This document shows positions 10,762 through 20,077 of a DNA stretch of 64,000 nt, piece by piece. The stretch is from Kordiimonadaceae bacterium (GTDB lineage: Bacteria > Pseudomonadota > Alphaproteobacteria > Sphingomonadales > Emcibacteraceae): assembly GCA_018675425.1 (NCBI GenBank), contig JABGYD010000057.1:34339-98338 (forward strand), written 5' to 3'. The translations under genes were made by a program, and so were the position numbers. The notes under the pieces were generated by a model. That model was given only the letters and a program-made list of their open reading frames with translations. It did not search any database and was not told the DNA's origin. Every line of letters begins with the position of its first letter. Position 1 is the first letter of the stretch.

Positions 10762-10928
10762 CCCCCTCTGTCATCGGTACCTGAGAGATTTGACCCAAAA
10801 AATGGGCTTACCCCGTCGGCGGAGGTTTACACCTCACTTTCCAGAGTGCTTAAATTCTTAGCGGTCCGTTTGCCTGAGAGTTTCCGGGGCGGTTGCTCCT
10901 TCGGCGCCTTTTACAAGATCTCTCCCGC
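10762..10928 (-). promoter_or_regulatory. Tandem (two-aptamer) glycine riboswitch controlling gcvTHP
   Basis: The minus strand reads GCGGGAGAG..GGCGCCGAAGGAGCAACCGCCCCGGAAACUCUCAGGCAAACGGACCGC, then CACUCUGGAAAG..CCGCCGACGGGGUAAGCCC..CUCUCAGGUACCGAUGACAGAGGGG. Both conserved glycine-aptamer cores are present directly upstream of gcvT. Confidence 0.85.
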
Positions 10929-10947
10929 AAAGAAATTAGCAAGGGTC

Positions 10948-10975
10948 ATAATAAGAAGATTGCTTGAAGAGTCAA
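10948..10975 (-). promoter_or_regulatory. Sigma70-like promoter for the riboswitch-gcv operon
   Basis: Minus strand TTGACT (10975-10970), a 16-nt spacer, then TATTAT (10953-10948). This lies about 20 nt upstream of the first riboswitch stem. Confidence 0.5.
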
Positions 10976-11083
10976 TCAAAGTCATTATATAAAAGAATAG
11001 AATTAAAGCTTTGATATTAAGGGATGATATTTTTTACTTATATTACATTGTTTTGGTTATAATTTTAATTGAAAGTGATCTAA

Positions 11084-12934
11084 ATGAGGTTTGTAAACAC
11101 CCTCTGGGAATTGATAAAAAAGATACAGTCTATTACAGGTACTATACTTTTTTTGCTAGTTGCGCTTATTTTCACGTTATTTATTTTAAGGACCTTCGTT
11201 TTCGATTCGAAAACTGATAATTTATCCTCTAAAAGTAGTGCTCTTGTTATCGACTTTAGAGGTCAAATCGTTGAGCAGAGAAGTTTTAGTAACGATCCTT
11301 ATGAACAAATTTTAGAAGGAAGTATCGGCTCAAATACCTTACTTCGAGATGTGATTAAGGCAATTGACCTTGCTCAAAATGATAAAAATATCGATATGTT
11401 GGTATTAAACTTTGATCGATTTAGTGGCGCTTATCCTTCTAAACTCCATTTTATTGGCCAAAAAATTGAGAAGTTTAAGATGAGCGGTAAGAAGGTTGTT
11501 TCGTATGGGGCTATTTATAATCAGGCAGCGTATTTATTAGCGTCATTTTCAAATGAAATATATATGCATCCACAAGGAGCTACACTTCTATATGGTTACG
11601 GCGGATATCAAAATTACTTTCTAGGGTTTCTTGAAAAAATAAATGCCGAGGTTCAGTTGTTTCGAGTTGGTAAATACAAATCTGCAATGGAGCCATTTAT
11701 CCGTAGTGATATGTCCAGTGAAGCAAAAGCTGTCAGCCGTGAACTTTATGGAGGCCTCTGGGACGATTATGTTTCAGAGGTTGCTAGACAGCGGTCTCTT
11801 GATGAAAATGAAATCAAATTAGGAATTGAGAACGCAGACCAACTTCTAATGGAGTTAGATGGCGACCTTGGTCAGTTGGCATTAAAAAGTTCTTTAATTG
11901 ATGGTTTAAAAACCCGTGCGGAATGGGTTTCTTACATGCAGGAACAGGTTGGTAAGGGTGATAAAAAACAAGAAATTAATCAGATTTACTTAAGGGATTA
12001 TCTGAGTTTGAAAATGGACCTTCCCGACCTTACGTCAAATAAAAATATTATTGCAGTGGTTTATGCTAGCGGTTCGATAATGGACGGAGAAATGGCTCAG
12101 GGGACAGTGGGTGGCGATACGTTATCGAGACAACTTCGCGATGCTCGTAACAATGAAAAAGTAAAGGCTGTCGTACTCAGGGTTGAAAGTCCTGGGGGAA
12201 GTGCTTTTGCATCAGAAATTATTCGTCAAGAAGTTCTTCTTCTTAAAAAAGAAGGTAAGCCCGTGATAGCGTCATTTGGAGGTGTTGCCGCATCTGGTGG
12301 GTATTGGATTTCAGCGAATGCGGACGAAATTTGGGCGAGTCCTACGACAATTACTGGGTCAATTGGTATTTTTGGAGCAATACCTAATATTGAAGGGACC
12401 TTGGCAAAAATTGGTATCACAACCGACGGTGTGGGAACAACATCGTTTGTTTCAGCTGGAATAAATAAACCGGTACCTAAAAAGCTTAAAAATATTATTC
12501 AAAGTAACATTGAAAATGGTTATCAAAGATTTTTGAAGTTAGTAGCTGAGGGGCGCGGCATGACAATAGAGCAGGTTAACGAAATTGCCCAAGGTCGAGT
12601 TTGGAGTGGAAGAAAAGCGCTAGAAATTGGTCTTATTGATCATTTAGGAAATATTGATCAAGCTATAGAATCAGCAGCTGAGCATGCTAACCTTAAGGAA
12701 TATAAAGTTGTAACGATAGAAGATGAAATTCCACTTCAAATTCAGCTCCTGTCCAGCCTATTTAATAATCAAAGTGAGGTAGCACAATATATTTTAAATA
12801 AAAAAACTAGTCCTGAAAAAATTCTTATGCAGAAAATAAATTGGAAACTTTCGATTTTTAACACATTAAACGATCCTCATCATGCATATGTTTTATGTGT
12901 TGATTGTTTGCCTCAATTTAACAAAGAATACTAA
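11084..12934 (+). CDS. sppA: Signal peptide peptidase SppA, 67K type (two S49 domains)
   Basis: 616 aa with an N-terminal TM segment and duplicated S49 halves. It has the GGVAASGGYWIS serine motif and GRVWSG. Confidence 0.85.
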   Translation: MRFVNTLWELIKKIQSITGTILFLLVALIFTLFILRTFVFDSKTDNLSSKSSALVIDFRGQIVEQRSFSNDPYEQILEGSIGSNTLLRDVIKAIDLAQNDKNIDMLVLNFDRFSGAYPSKLHFIGQKIEKFKMSGKKVVSYGAIYNQAAYLLASFSNEIYMHPQGATLLYGYGGYQNYFLGFLEKINAEVQLFRVGKYKSAMEPFIRSDMSSEAKAVSRELYGGLWDDYVSEVARQRSLDENEIKLGIENADQLLMELDGDLGQLALKSSLIDGLKTRAEWVSYMQEQVGKGDKKQEINQIYLRDYLSLKMDLPDLTSNKNIIAVVYASGSIMDGEMAQGTVGGDTLSRQLRDARNNEKVKAVVLRVESPGGSAFASEIIRQEVLLLKKEGKPVIASFGGVAASGGYWISANADEIWASPTTITGSIGIFGAIPNIEGTLAKIGITTDGVGTTSFVSAGINKPVPKKLKNIIQSNIENGYQRFLKLVAEGRGMTIEQVNEIAQGRVWSGRKALEIGLIDHLGNIDQAIESAAEHANLKEYKVVTIEDEIPLQIQLLSSLFNNQSEVAQYILNKKTSPEKILMQKINWKLSIFNTLNDPHHAYVLCVDCLPQFNKEY

Positions 12935-12980
12935 TTTAGAAAGTTTTATTTTTTATAGAAAATGTGTATAAGATCGTATT

Positions 12981-13931
12981 ATGACCAATAAAAAAATGAA
13001 ACTTTATATTGCCAACCCGCGGGGGTTTTGTGCTGGTGTGGACCGTGCCATTCAAATTGTGGAAATGGCATTGAAAAAATACGGGGCACCAGTTTACGTT
13101 CGCCATGAAATTGTTCACAATAAGTATGTAGTTGAAGGCTTAGAAAAGCGGGGGGCAATATTCATTGAAGAGCTTCACGAGGTTCCTTCTGATAAACCCG
13201 TTGTCTTTTCTGCGCACGGTGTTCCAAAATCTGTCCCCGCAGAAGCTGAAAATAGAAAAATGGTATATATCGATGCTACCTGTCCACTGGTTAGCAAAAT
13301 TCATCGCGAAGCTGAGCGTTATGACAAGGTGGGTTCAGAGATTGTCATGATAGGGCATAAAGGCCATCCAGAAGTTGTTGGAACCATGGGGCAATTGCGT
13401 GACGGTGCTATACATCTCGTAGAGGATATAGAGGATGTTAAAAAGCTATCTTTTGAAAATATAGATAATGTTGCTTATATCACTCAAACGACATTATCTC
13501 TTGATGACACTTCGGAAATAATTTCTGCTTTGAAAATAAAATTTCCATCAATTAAGGATCCTAAGAAGGAAGATATTTGCTACGCTACTACAAATAGGCA
13601 AAATGCCGTGAAGGCTCTTGCAGAAAAGGTTGGTATTGTATTGATTATTGGTGCACCTAACAGCTCTAACTCTTTGAGACTTGTCGAAGTTGCTAGAAAA
13701 GCAGGTTGTAAATCTATGCTTATTCAAAGAGCCTCGGACATTTACTGGAAATGGTTCGATGGTGTCGAAGCTGTTGGAATATCCGCGGGTGCTTCTGCAC
13801 CTGAGGTCCTTGTTGAGGAGGTTTTGGGGTCTTTTAAGAATCGCTATGAAACCAAAATTGAAAATATTATGACCATTGAGGAGAATGTTATATTTAAAGT
13901 TCCAGCAATACTTTCTAGGGACGATCGATAA
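12981..13931 (+). CDS. ispH: 4-hydroxy-3-methylbut-2-enyl diphosphate reductase
   Basis: 316 aa LytB family with [28 protein letters not shown] and [10 protein letters not shown]. Confidence 0.92.
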   Translation: MTNKKMKLYIANPRGFCAGVDRAIQIVEMALKKYGAPVYVRHEIVHNKYVVEGLEKRGAIFIEELHEVPSDKPVVFSAHGVPKSVPAEAENRKMVYIDATCPLVSKIHREAERYDKVGSEIVMIGHKGHPEVVGTMGQLRDGAIHLVEDIEDVKKLSFENIDNVAYITQTTLSLDDTSEIISALKIKFPSIKDPKKEDICYATTNRQNAVKALAEKVGIVLIIGAPNSSNSLRLVEVARKAGCKSMLIQRASDIYWKWFDGVEAVGISAGASAPEVLVEEVLGSFKNRYETKIENIMTIEENVIFKVPAILSRDDR

Positions 13932-14899
13932 TGGCAGTATATACCAATGTCAGCCCTAATGATTTAGGATCCTTTATTGCTGAATATGACGTTGGGGAAG
14001 TTGTTTCTTTTGATGGTATCGCTGAAGGCACAGAGAATTCTAATTATTTAGTATTTACATCAAAAGGTAAGTTTATTCTTACTCTCTATGAAAAAAGGGT
14101 AGACCCATCGGAACTGCCTTTTTTTCTGAGCCTCATGGACCATTTTGCCCACAAAGGGATAGACTGTGCTACACCGATTAAAGATCGCAAAGGGTTTACT
14201 TTAAAAGAACTATGTGGACGTCCTGCAGCACTCATCAGCTTTCTTGATGGTATTTCCATAAAAGATCCAAATATAGAAAACTGTAGAGATTTGGGTAGAG
14301 CTCTTGCAGAAATGCATCTTGCTGGTTCTGACTTTAAGATGTCTCGCAAAAATGATTTTTCGCTTTCAGGCTGGAAAAAATTAGCTATCGCTTGTGATGA
14401 ACGCGCGGATGAATGTGCACCAGGTCTTAGTAAGATTATTCATGACGAAATAGAATTTTTATCAAAAAATTGGCCAACAAAATTACCTAACGGTATTATT
14501 CACGGTGACCTATTTCCGGACAATGTATTTTTTCTTGATGACCGTCTTTCGGGTTTGATTGACTATTATTTTGCCTGTACTGATATGCTTGTTTATGACG
14601 TATCTATATGTCTCAATGCTTGGTGTTTTGATTTAGATGGATCTTTTGATGCTGTTAAGGCTATCGGTATTATTGAAGAATATAATAAAATTCGTTCCCT
14701 TTCTATAGATGAAAAACAGGCTTTACCAATTCTTTGTCGCGGAGCAGCACTCCGTTTTATGCTAACCCGCCTCTATGATTGGCTTAACAGGGTGGAGGGC
14801 GCCATTGTGGAAACAAAAAATCCAAACGAATTTCTGCAAATGCTTAAGTTCCACCAAAAAATTTCTTCCTCTGATGAATATATCATGGATATAACTTGA
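13931..14899 (+). CDS. thrB: Homoserine kinase, type II (APH-fold ThrB)
   Basis: 322 aa with G(I/T)ENSNYLV and [12 protein letters not shown] kinase motifs. It has a TAATG overlap with ispH, and thrB-rnhA synteny is typical of alphaproteobacteria. Confidence 0.85.
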   Translation: MAVYTNVSPNDLGSFIAEYDVGEVVSFDGIAEGTENSNYLVFTSKGKFILTLYEKRVDPSELPFFLSLMDHFAHKGIDCATPIKDRKGFTLKELCGRPAALISFLDGISIKDPNIENCRDLGRALAEMHLAGSDFKMSRKNDFSLSGWKKLAIACDERADECAPGLSKIIHDEIEFLSKNWPTKLPNGIIHGDLFPDNVFFLDDRLSGLIDYYFACTDMLVYDVSICLNAWCFDLDGSFDAVKAIGIIEEYNKIRSLSIDEKQALPILCRGAALRFMLTRLYDWLNRVEGAIVETKNPNEFLQMLKFHQKISSSDEYIMDIT

Positions 14900-15339
14900 T
14901 GAAAAATATAGTGATTTATACGGATGGTGCTTGTTCTGGAAATCCTGGTCCGGGTGGTTGGGGTGCACTTCTAATATATGCTGATCATCAAAAGGAAATT
15001 ATGGAGGGTGCGTTCGAAACTACTAATAATCGAATGGAGCTGACTGCCGCAATTGAAGCACTTAAGGCACTAAGTGAACCCTGTACAGTTACCCTGCATA
15101 CGGATAGCACATACGTGAAAGACGGCATTACTAAGTGGATTGATAACTGGAAAAATAATGGTTGGCGTACAGCTGCCAAAAAACCAGTTAAGAATGCAGA
15201 CCTTTGGAAGGACCTTGATTTAGCTGTCAAACAACACACTATTGAATGGAAGTGGGTCAAGGGTCATAACGGTGATGCAGGTAATGAGCGTGCGGATGAG
15301 CTTGCTAATATAGGGCTCAATAATTATAGGATAATATAA
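14899..15339 (+). CDS. rnhA: Ribonuclease HI
   Basis: [22 protein letters not shown] and [15 protein letters not shown]. The ATG at 14899 overlaps the thrB stop (TGATG). The ORF track begins one codon earlier at a TTG. Confidence 0.9.
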   Translation: MKNIVIYTDGACSGNPGPGGWGALLIYADHQKEIMEGAFETTNNRMELTAAIEALKALSEPCTVTLHTDSTYVKDGITKWIDNWKNNGWRTAAKKPVKNADLWKDLDLAVKQHTIEWKWVKGHNGDAGNERADELANIGLNNYRII

Positions 15340-15342
15340 ATT

Positions 15343-15990
15343 ATGCGTGATGATGTATTTAAGGCCATTGATGTGGCTGATATTGACGCTCTGAAGGCAC
15401 TTCTTAATAAAGACCCAGGTCTGGCATCAAGTAGGAGTGATGACGGCCTTTCCGTTGTATTATTTTCTTTATATATTCAAAAACCGGAACTTACTGAAAT
15501 ACTACTTGAGTTTAAGCCTGAACTAGATGTTTTCGATCTTGCTGCCCTTGGTGGTGTTGGTCAAATTTCACATATACTCGCTACTGATCCTAAAGCCGTT
15601 CATGAATATAGCGGTGACGGGTTTAGCGCGCTTCATCTTGCTAGTTATTTTGGTAACGCTGATACCGTCAGGTTACTTTTAGATAATGGAGCTGAGATTG
15701 ATAAAATTGCAATGAATGGAAGCGGTTTAAGCCCGCTTCAAAGTGCTGTATCAAGCCTCCATTTAGATGTAGTTAAAATTTTACTTGAGTATAAACCCGA
15801 CGTAAATATTCAAATGGTGGGCGGTTTTTCACCACTTATGTCTGCAGCTGCTCTCGGGTCATTCGAAATAGTAGCATTGTTGATGAAGTATGGTGCAGAT
15901 GTATTTCAAGAAGCAGATGATGGACGCCTGGCTAATAACTTTGCGGCATCTGCAGGGCATGAAAAACTAGCAACTATTCTTTCCGTTTAA
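15343..15990 (+). CDS. Ankyrin-repeat protein
   Basis: 215 aa with about five ankyrin-like repeats (G-FSALHLASYFGNADTVRLLLDNGAEID; LSPLQSAVSSLHLDVVKILLEYKPDVN; FSPLMSAAALGSFEIVALLMKYGADV). It lies 3 nt after the rnhA stop. Confidence 0.75.
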   Translation: MRDDVFKAIDVADIDALKALLNKDPGLASSRSDDGLSVVLFSLYIQKPELTEILLEFKPELDVFDLAALGGVGQISHILATDPKAVHEYSGDGFSALHLASYFGNADTVRLLLDNGAEIDKIAMNGSGLSPLQSAVSSLHLDVVKILLEYKPDVNIQMVGGFSPLMSAAALGSFEIVALLMKYGADVFQEADDGRLANNFAASAGHEKLATILSV

Positions 15991-16011
15991 AAACTCCATA
16001 TCCATAAAAAA

Positions 16012-16041
16012 AGCCCCCCGTTTCCGTAAAAACGGGGGGCT
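16012..16041. terminator. Bidirectional intrinsic terminator (ankyrin gene / TonB-dependent receptor)
   Basis: aaaaaa-AGCCCCCCGTT-tccgtaaa-AACGGGGGGCT-gattt. On the minus strand the stem is followed by TTTTTTT. Confidence 0.85.
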
Positions 16042-16096
16042 GATTTAATATTTAAGCTTGTGAGCAACCGGGGTTACTCACACAATTCTAATTATA

Positions 16097-18859
16097 TTAG
16101 AATGCTGCTTTAAGACGAGCGTAATATTGACCACCTTGCCAGTCCATACCATCAGAGTAGTATTGACGACCACGTTTTTGTGATGTCTCTACTTGCTCAG
16201 GCTGAGCTTTCGGGTAAGTGTTCAACATGTTGTTTGCACCTAGAGTTACTGCAAACTGCTCATTCACGTCGTATGAAACCGCAAGATCGAAGAAGATACG
16301 ACCTGGTTGCTTATCAATACGATATGATGCAGCAGGTTGACTACTTCCGATGTATACACCAGCAGCATTCAGACCATTGTTTTGCTCACGAGTTGAAATC
16401 CAACGTGCACGGGCCATAACATTGATTTTGTCATTGTTAGACCAGTTAGCAGTTAGTGATCCTCTGAAAGGAGCAGTTTCGTTCTCGTTGTTGAACAAGC
16501 TACGATCGGAAAGTGAATGCTTAAGCATTTTAACCTTCACGTGAGCAAATGCAGCAACTAACCTAAGTGAACTATTTTCCAAATCGATGTTTTGTGAAGC
16601 CACAATTTCGATACCGCGAGTACGTCTTGACCCTTGGTTAGTTGGGAAGTTCACACCAGTAAGTGTAGCAGCACCCTGGAAACCAGATGCAGCAAGAGCT
16701 GCGAACTGAACAGGATAGTCACCTACGTCGTAAGTTGGTGTAGTTGCAAGTGCGTCTTGTAGCTTAATTTGGAACAAATCAACTGTAACGTTAGTATTGC
16801 TACTAGGTGTCATAATGAAACCCAATGACATGTTCTTAGCTAACTCAGGCTTGATGTTTTTAATACCAAACGTTGTACCAGGTACACTATCAGCAGTGAA
16901 TGTTCCTGTTTGCGTTTGTGAACCATCTGCACGGAAACCAGTACGAACTTGCGTATTATTGATTTGCGCAACAGTTGGTGCATGGAAGCCTGTTGATACA
17001 GCACCACGGATTGCTAGCGTATCAGGAATAACCTGGTAACGAGAAGCAATTTTCCATGATAATGTATCACCAAAGTCAGTGAAGTCTTCGTAGCGCATTG
17101 CACCGGCAATGTTGAAGTCTTCGTTAACGTCAGCGTCAACATCTAGATACACAGCGTAGTTCGAACGTGAAGCGTCGAAGAAAGTATCCGGTGAGAAACC
17201 ACCGAAACCGTCAGAACCAACGTTTGCACCACGACCACCGTCACCTTTGGCAACGTCAAGACCAGCAGCAATACCTGCAGCAGATTTTGCGAAAGTAGCT
17301 AGACTTGGACCAGCAGCTGGGCCAGTGAACCATGAGTTTTTCTCACCAACAACGTTGTAATACTGCTCAGTACGATACTGTGCACCCCACGCTACGTTTA
17401 GGTTATCTACTGCATCTGTATCAACTGTGTAGTTGAAGTCAGCTGAAATAGAACGCTCTGTGTTAACTTGCGAACCAATATAGAAAGCTGTTTGAACATT
17501 TGCATAATCAACAGTTCCATCGGTAAGCTTAGCACCACCAAGTGACGGATTGTGTGTGTCACTGATGTTGTTGTCAACGCGGTTTTGTCCAACAGATCCT
17601 GAGATATCCCACTCAAGGCCGTTATCTAATGTACCACGAACACCACCATATACACCAAGGTCTTGAGAATCCATTTCAAACCATGGGTTATAACCATTTG
17701 GATGTGTAAAGTGACCAGAGAATGCACCAGTCTTGTTAGCAGTTGTAATGTTTTTCGTGTTAGGCGCACCTGACATACCACCAGTTTCAGTTGAGTTGAT
17801 TGTTTTTAGAAGGTACGAATACTGGTTAGCTTTTTGCTCACCATAAAGATATTTGTAATCGTTATATGTATAAGTCACCTGTCTAGATGCACCAGAGTTT
17901 CCGCCAACACCAGGCATTGAGTATCCAATTGGAAGACCTGCACGGTAGTTGAAAGGCTCTTTGTGATGCTTGCGTCCGAAGTTACCGAAAGTATAGATTT
18001 CCATATTTTCGTTAATTTCCATAACAGAGTTCCACGTCACTGTGAAGTGAGTTTCCTCGTTAACACCGAAAGGAGCGATTGTATCAGGGTTTAGCTCTTT
18101 TGGATCTTGGAACATGCCGTCAAATGCAGCTGCAGTACCTGAAAGAGTACCTGCTTTTTGGCGAGCATACTGATCAACATTTTCTTTAGCAAGTTTGTGA
18201 TATGTTGCACGGTCAGTTGCGTCTGTAGCGCCGTATTGAGCAGTTACAGTCAAGAAACCACGGTCAGCAAGAGAAACACCAACTTTAGAAGCTAGGTTAT
18301 AAGCAAATCCGTCGCCTTTATAGTACTGGCTGAACATTGCTTCACCTGAAATACCTTCAGAATCGTCAAGTGTAAGATCAATCACGCCAGCAACCGCATC
18401 GGCACCATACTGAGCAGCAGCACCATCACGTAGGATAGAGATACTTTTTAGTGAGTTCACAGAAAGTGAACCAACGTCAGCAGACTGCCAACCAGCAGTA
18501 TGGATAACTGCGTTACGATGCATACGCTTACCATTTAGAAGAGTAAGAATTTCACCGTTGTTAAGGCCACGTAGTGATGAAGTACGAATAAGTGAGTTAC
18601 CATCACCGATAGCGTTACGGTTAACCACATAAGATGGAGAAACAGCAGCGATCGCGTCCTTCATGTTAAGTGATGGAGTGTTTTGTAGTTCAGTAGCTTG
18701 GATAACGTCCACAGGAACGTTTGAGTCAAGAGCCGTACGGCCCTTCACACGTGATCCAACCACTGTTACTGTATCGTCTCCTGCCGCTTGTTGTGCAAAT
18801 GAAAGATCTGCAATAACAAGTGATGGTAGAGAAACAGATAGTAATAGTAATTTTTTCAT
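16097..18859 (-). CDS. TonB-dependent outer-membrane receptor (920 aa), substrate unknown
   Basis: Signal peptide MKKLLLLSVSLPSLVIADLSFAQQ, TonB-box-like DTVTVVGSR, a plug domain (LRGLNNGEILTLLNGKRM), a long beta-barrel and a terminal aromatic F. Confidence 0.85.
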   Translation of the reverse strand: MKKLLLLSVSLPSLVIADLSFAQQAAGDDTVTVVGSRVKGRTALDSNVPVDVIQATELQNTPSLNMKDAIAAVSPSYVVNRNAIGDGNSLIRTSSLRGLNNGEILTLLNGKRMHRNAVIHTAGWQSADVGSLSVNSLKSISILRDGAAAQYGADAVAGVIDLTLDDSEGISGEAMFSQYYKGDGFAYNLASKVGVSLADRGFLTVTAQYGATDATDRATYHKLAKENVDQYARQKAGTLSGTAAAFDGMFQDPKELNPDTIAPFGVNEETHFTVTWNSVMEINENMEIYTFGNFGRKHHKEPFNYRAGLPIGYSMPGVGGNSGASRQVTYTYNDYKYLYGEQKANQYSYLLKTINSTETGGMSGAPNTKNITTANKTGAFSGHFTHPNGYNPWFEMDSQDLGVYGGVRGTLDNGLEWDISGSVGQNRVDNNISDTHNPSLGGAKLTDGTVDYANVQTAFYIGSQVNTERSISADFNYTVDTDAVDNLNVAWGAQYRTEQYYNVVGEKNSWFTGPAAGPSLATFAKSAAGIAAGLDVAKGDGGRGANVGSDGFGGFSPDTFFDASRSNYAVYLDVDADVNEDFNIAGAMRYEDFTDFGDTLSWKIASRYQVIPDTLAIRGAVSTGFHAPTVAQINNTQVRTGFRADGSQTQTGTFTADSVPGTTFGIKNIKPELAKNMSLGFIMTPSSNTNVTVDLFQIKLQDALATTPTYDVGDYPVQFAALAASGFQGAATLTGVNFPTNQGSRRTRGIEIVASQNIDLENSSLRLVAAFAHVKVKMLKHSLSDRSLFNNENETAPFRGSLTANWSNNDKINVMARARWISTREQNNGLNAAGVYIGSSQPAASYRIDKQPGRIFFDLAVSYDVNEQFAVTLGANNMLNTYPKAQPEQVETSQKRGRQYYSDGMDWQGGQYYARLKAAF

Positions 18860-18940
18860 ATCTAATTTTTCCTTCCAAAAAGTTAAATGTTAAAACACTT
18901 AACAATTTGTATTTTTAAAATTCAAGAACCTTACATTACT

Positions 18941-18969
18941 AAAATAAGGCCCCGCGAGTGGCTGGGGTC
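18941..18969 (-). terminator. Candidate intrinsic terminator/attenuator hairpin inside the receptor 5' leader
   Basis: Minus strand GACCCC-agccactcgc-GGGGCC followed by UUAUUUUA, about 80 nt upstream of the receptor ATG. Confidence 0.4.
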
Positions 18970-19310
18970 AAAACCTCTCACCGAGAGATATTTCACCTAA
19001 CCAATTGGTGTATATAGTAAAAATGAAAACAGAAAATGGCATCTAATTCCTCTTTTTTAAACTTCAAAGCTTAAAAAAGTTTCAGTGAATGCCTAAAGTT
19101 TCCCTATTTACATATTCCACTAGCCACTTAATTACAGTAATTTTTGAAGATAATCAATTAATTACAAACAAATATATCACAATTTGATGTAAATTTACAA
19201 TAGTGTGTCATAAAAGCAACAATAGTTCGCTTCCCTTAATATAGATTTAGAGATTAAGTCTTTTTAATTGCTGTATTCGTGAGTTTTCATTGTATTAACT
19301 TTACAGGCAT

Positions 19311-19892
19311 TCATGCATTGCCAAATTGTGATGAGAGCATAGAGAAGTTAATACCAAGCTTTGCATGGGCGCGAGATAGTTTTAATTCTAAGTCTGTTTT
19401 AAAAACAAGCTCCGCGTCAGCCTCTATAGTAAGCCAGCTATTTCTTACTATCTCATTCTCAAGCTGGCCGCGACCCCAACCAGAGAAGCCTAGCGCAATA
19501 AGATAATATAGGGGGCCTTTTCCACATGCAATGGCACTAAGGATGTCCAATGTAGCTGTTAGAGCAATAGTTTCGGAAATTATTAAAGTAGTTTCTTGCG
19601 CATAATCTGCACTATGCAAAATAAATCCGCGACCAGTCTCCACGGGACCCCCTTCATGAAGTGGTATATTTTTTAATTGAGCCTTAGGTGTGATGTTATG
19701 ACCATAATCAATATTAAGTTGATCTAGTAATTCAGGAAAGTCTATATTTTCGCAGGGTGTATTAATGACTAAACCCATAGCGCCTTCCGTTGAGTGGCTG
19801 CATATAAATATTACAGAACTTTCAAAGCGCGGGTCAGTCATACCCGGCATGGGAAGAAGTAATTGTCCGCTTAAATATCCTTGCTGTGCCAA
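19311..19892 (-). CDS. YqgE/AlgH family protein (UPF0301)
   Basis: 193 aa with DPRFESSVIFICSHSTEGAMGLVINTP and GFSGWGRGQLENE, typical of the family. The start is a TTG. Confidence 0.8.
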   Translation of the reverse strand: MAQQGYLSGQLLLPMPGMTDPRFESSVIFICSHSTEGAMGLVINTPCENIDFPELLDQLNIDYGHNITPKAQLKNIPLHEGGPVETGRGFILHSADYAQETTLIISETIALTATLDILSAIACGKGPLYYLIALGFSGWGRGQLENEIVRNSWLTIEADAELVFKTDLELKLSRAHAKLGINFSMLSSQFGNA

Positions 19893-20077
19893 ATTACCAA
19901 TCCAATCAATCTGTCATTTCGTTTAGGTGTTATAAAAGGGAGGACACTATACAATAAATATTGCTGCCGTGCGGGTCAAGTTGTATCGTTTCATAGTATC
20001 ACGGAAAGAACCATCGCTGGTAATCAGCAAAAAGATTATATAAAGTCGCCCTTGTAAGGAAAATAAAATGAGAAATT

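Noticed and set aside
10715-10798. A 28-codon N-terminal extension of gcvT in the ORF track, and similarly 9577-9624 for gcvH, 29087-29164 for ihfB, 45489-45569 for galT and 63850-63879 for tag.
   Set aside because: The extensions overlap the riboswitch or neighbouring genes, lack family-conserved residues, and internal ATGs with better context give canonical N-termini.
16097-18859. The impression that the TonB-dependent receptor gene is GC-richer, with different codon usage than its neighbours, suggesting horizontal transfer.
   Set aside because: I cannot compute composition here. The bias (cgt/ggt/acc/gaa-type codons) is equally consistent with high expression. It is not reported as a finding.
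18860-19310. A cobalamin or TPP riboswitch upstream of the TonB-dependent receptor.
   Set aside because: Reading the minus strand, I found no B12 box and no TPP core (CUGAGA ... ACCUGAUCUGGAUAAUGCCAGCG). Only generic hairpins are present. It is kept as an unclassified leader in the findings.
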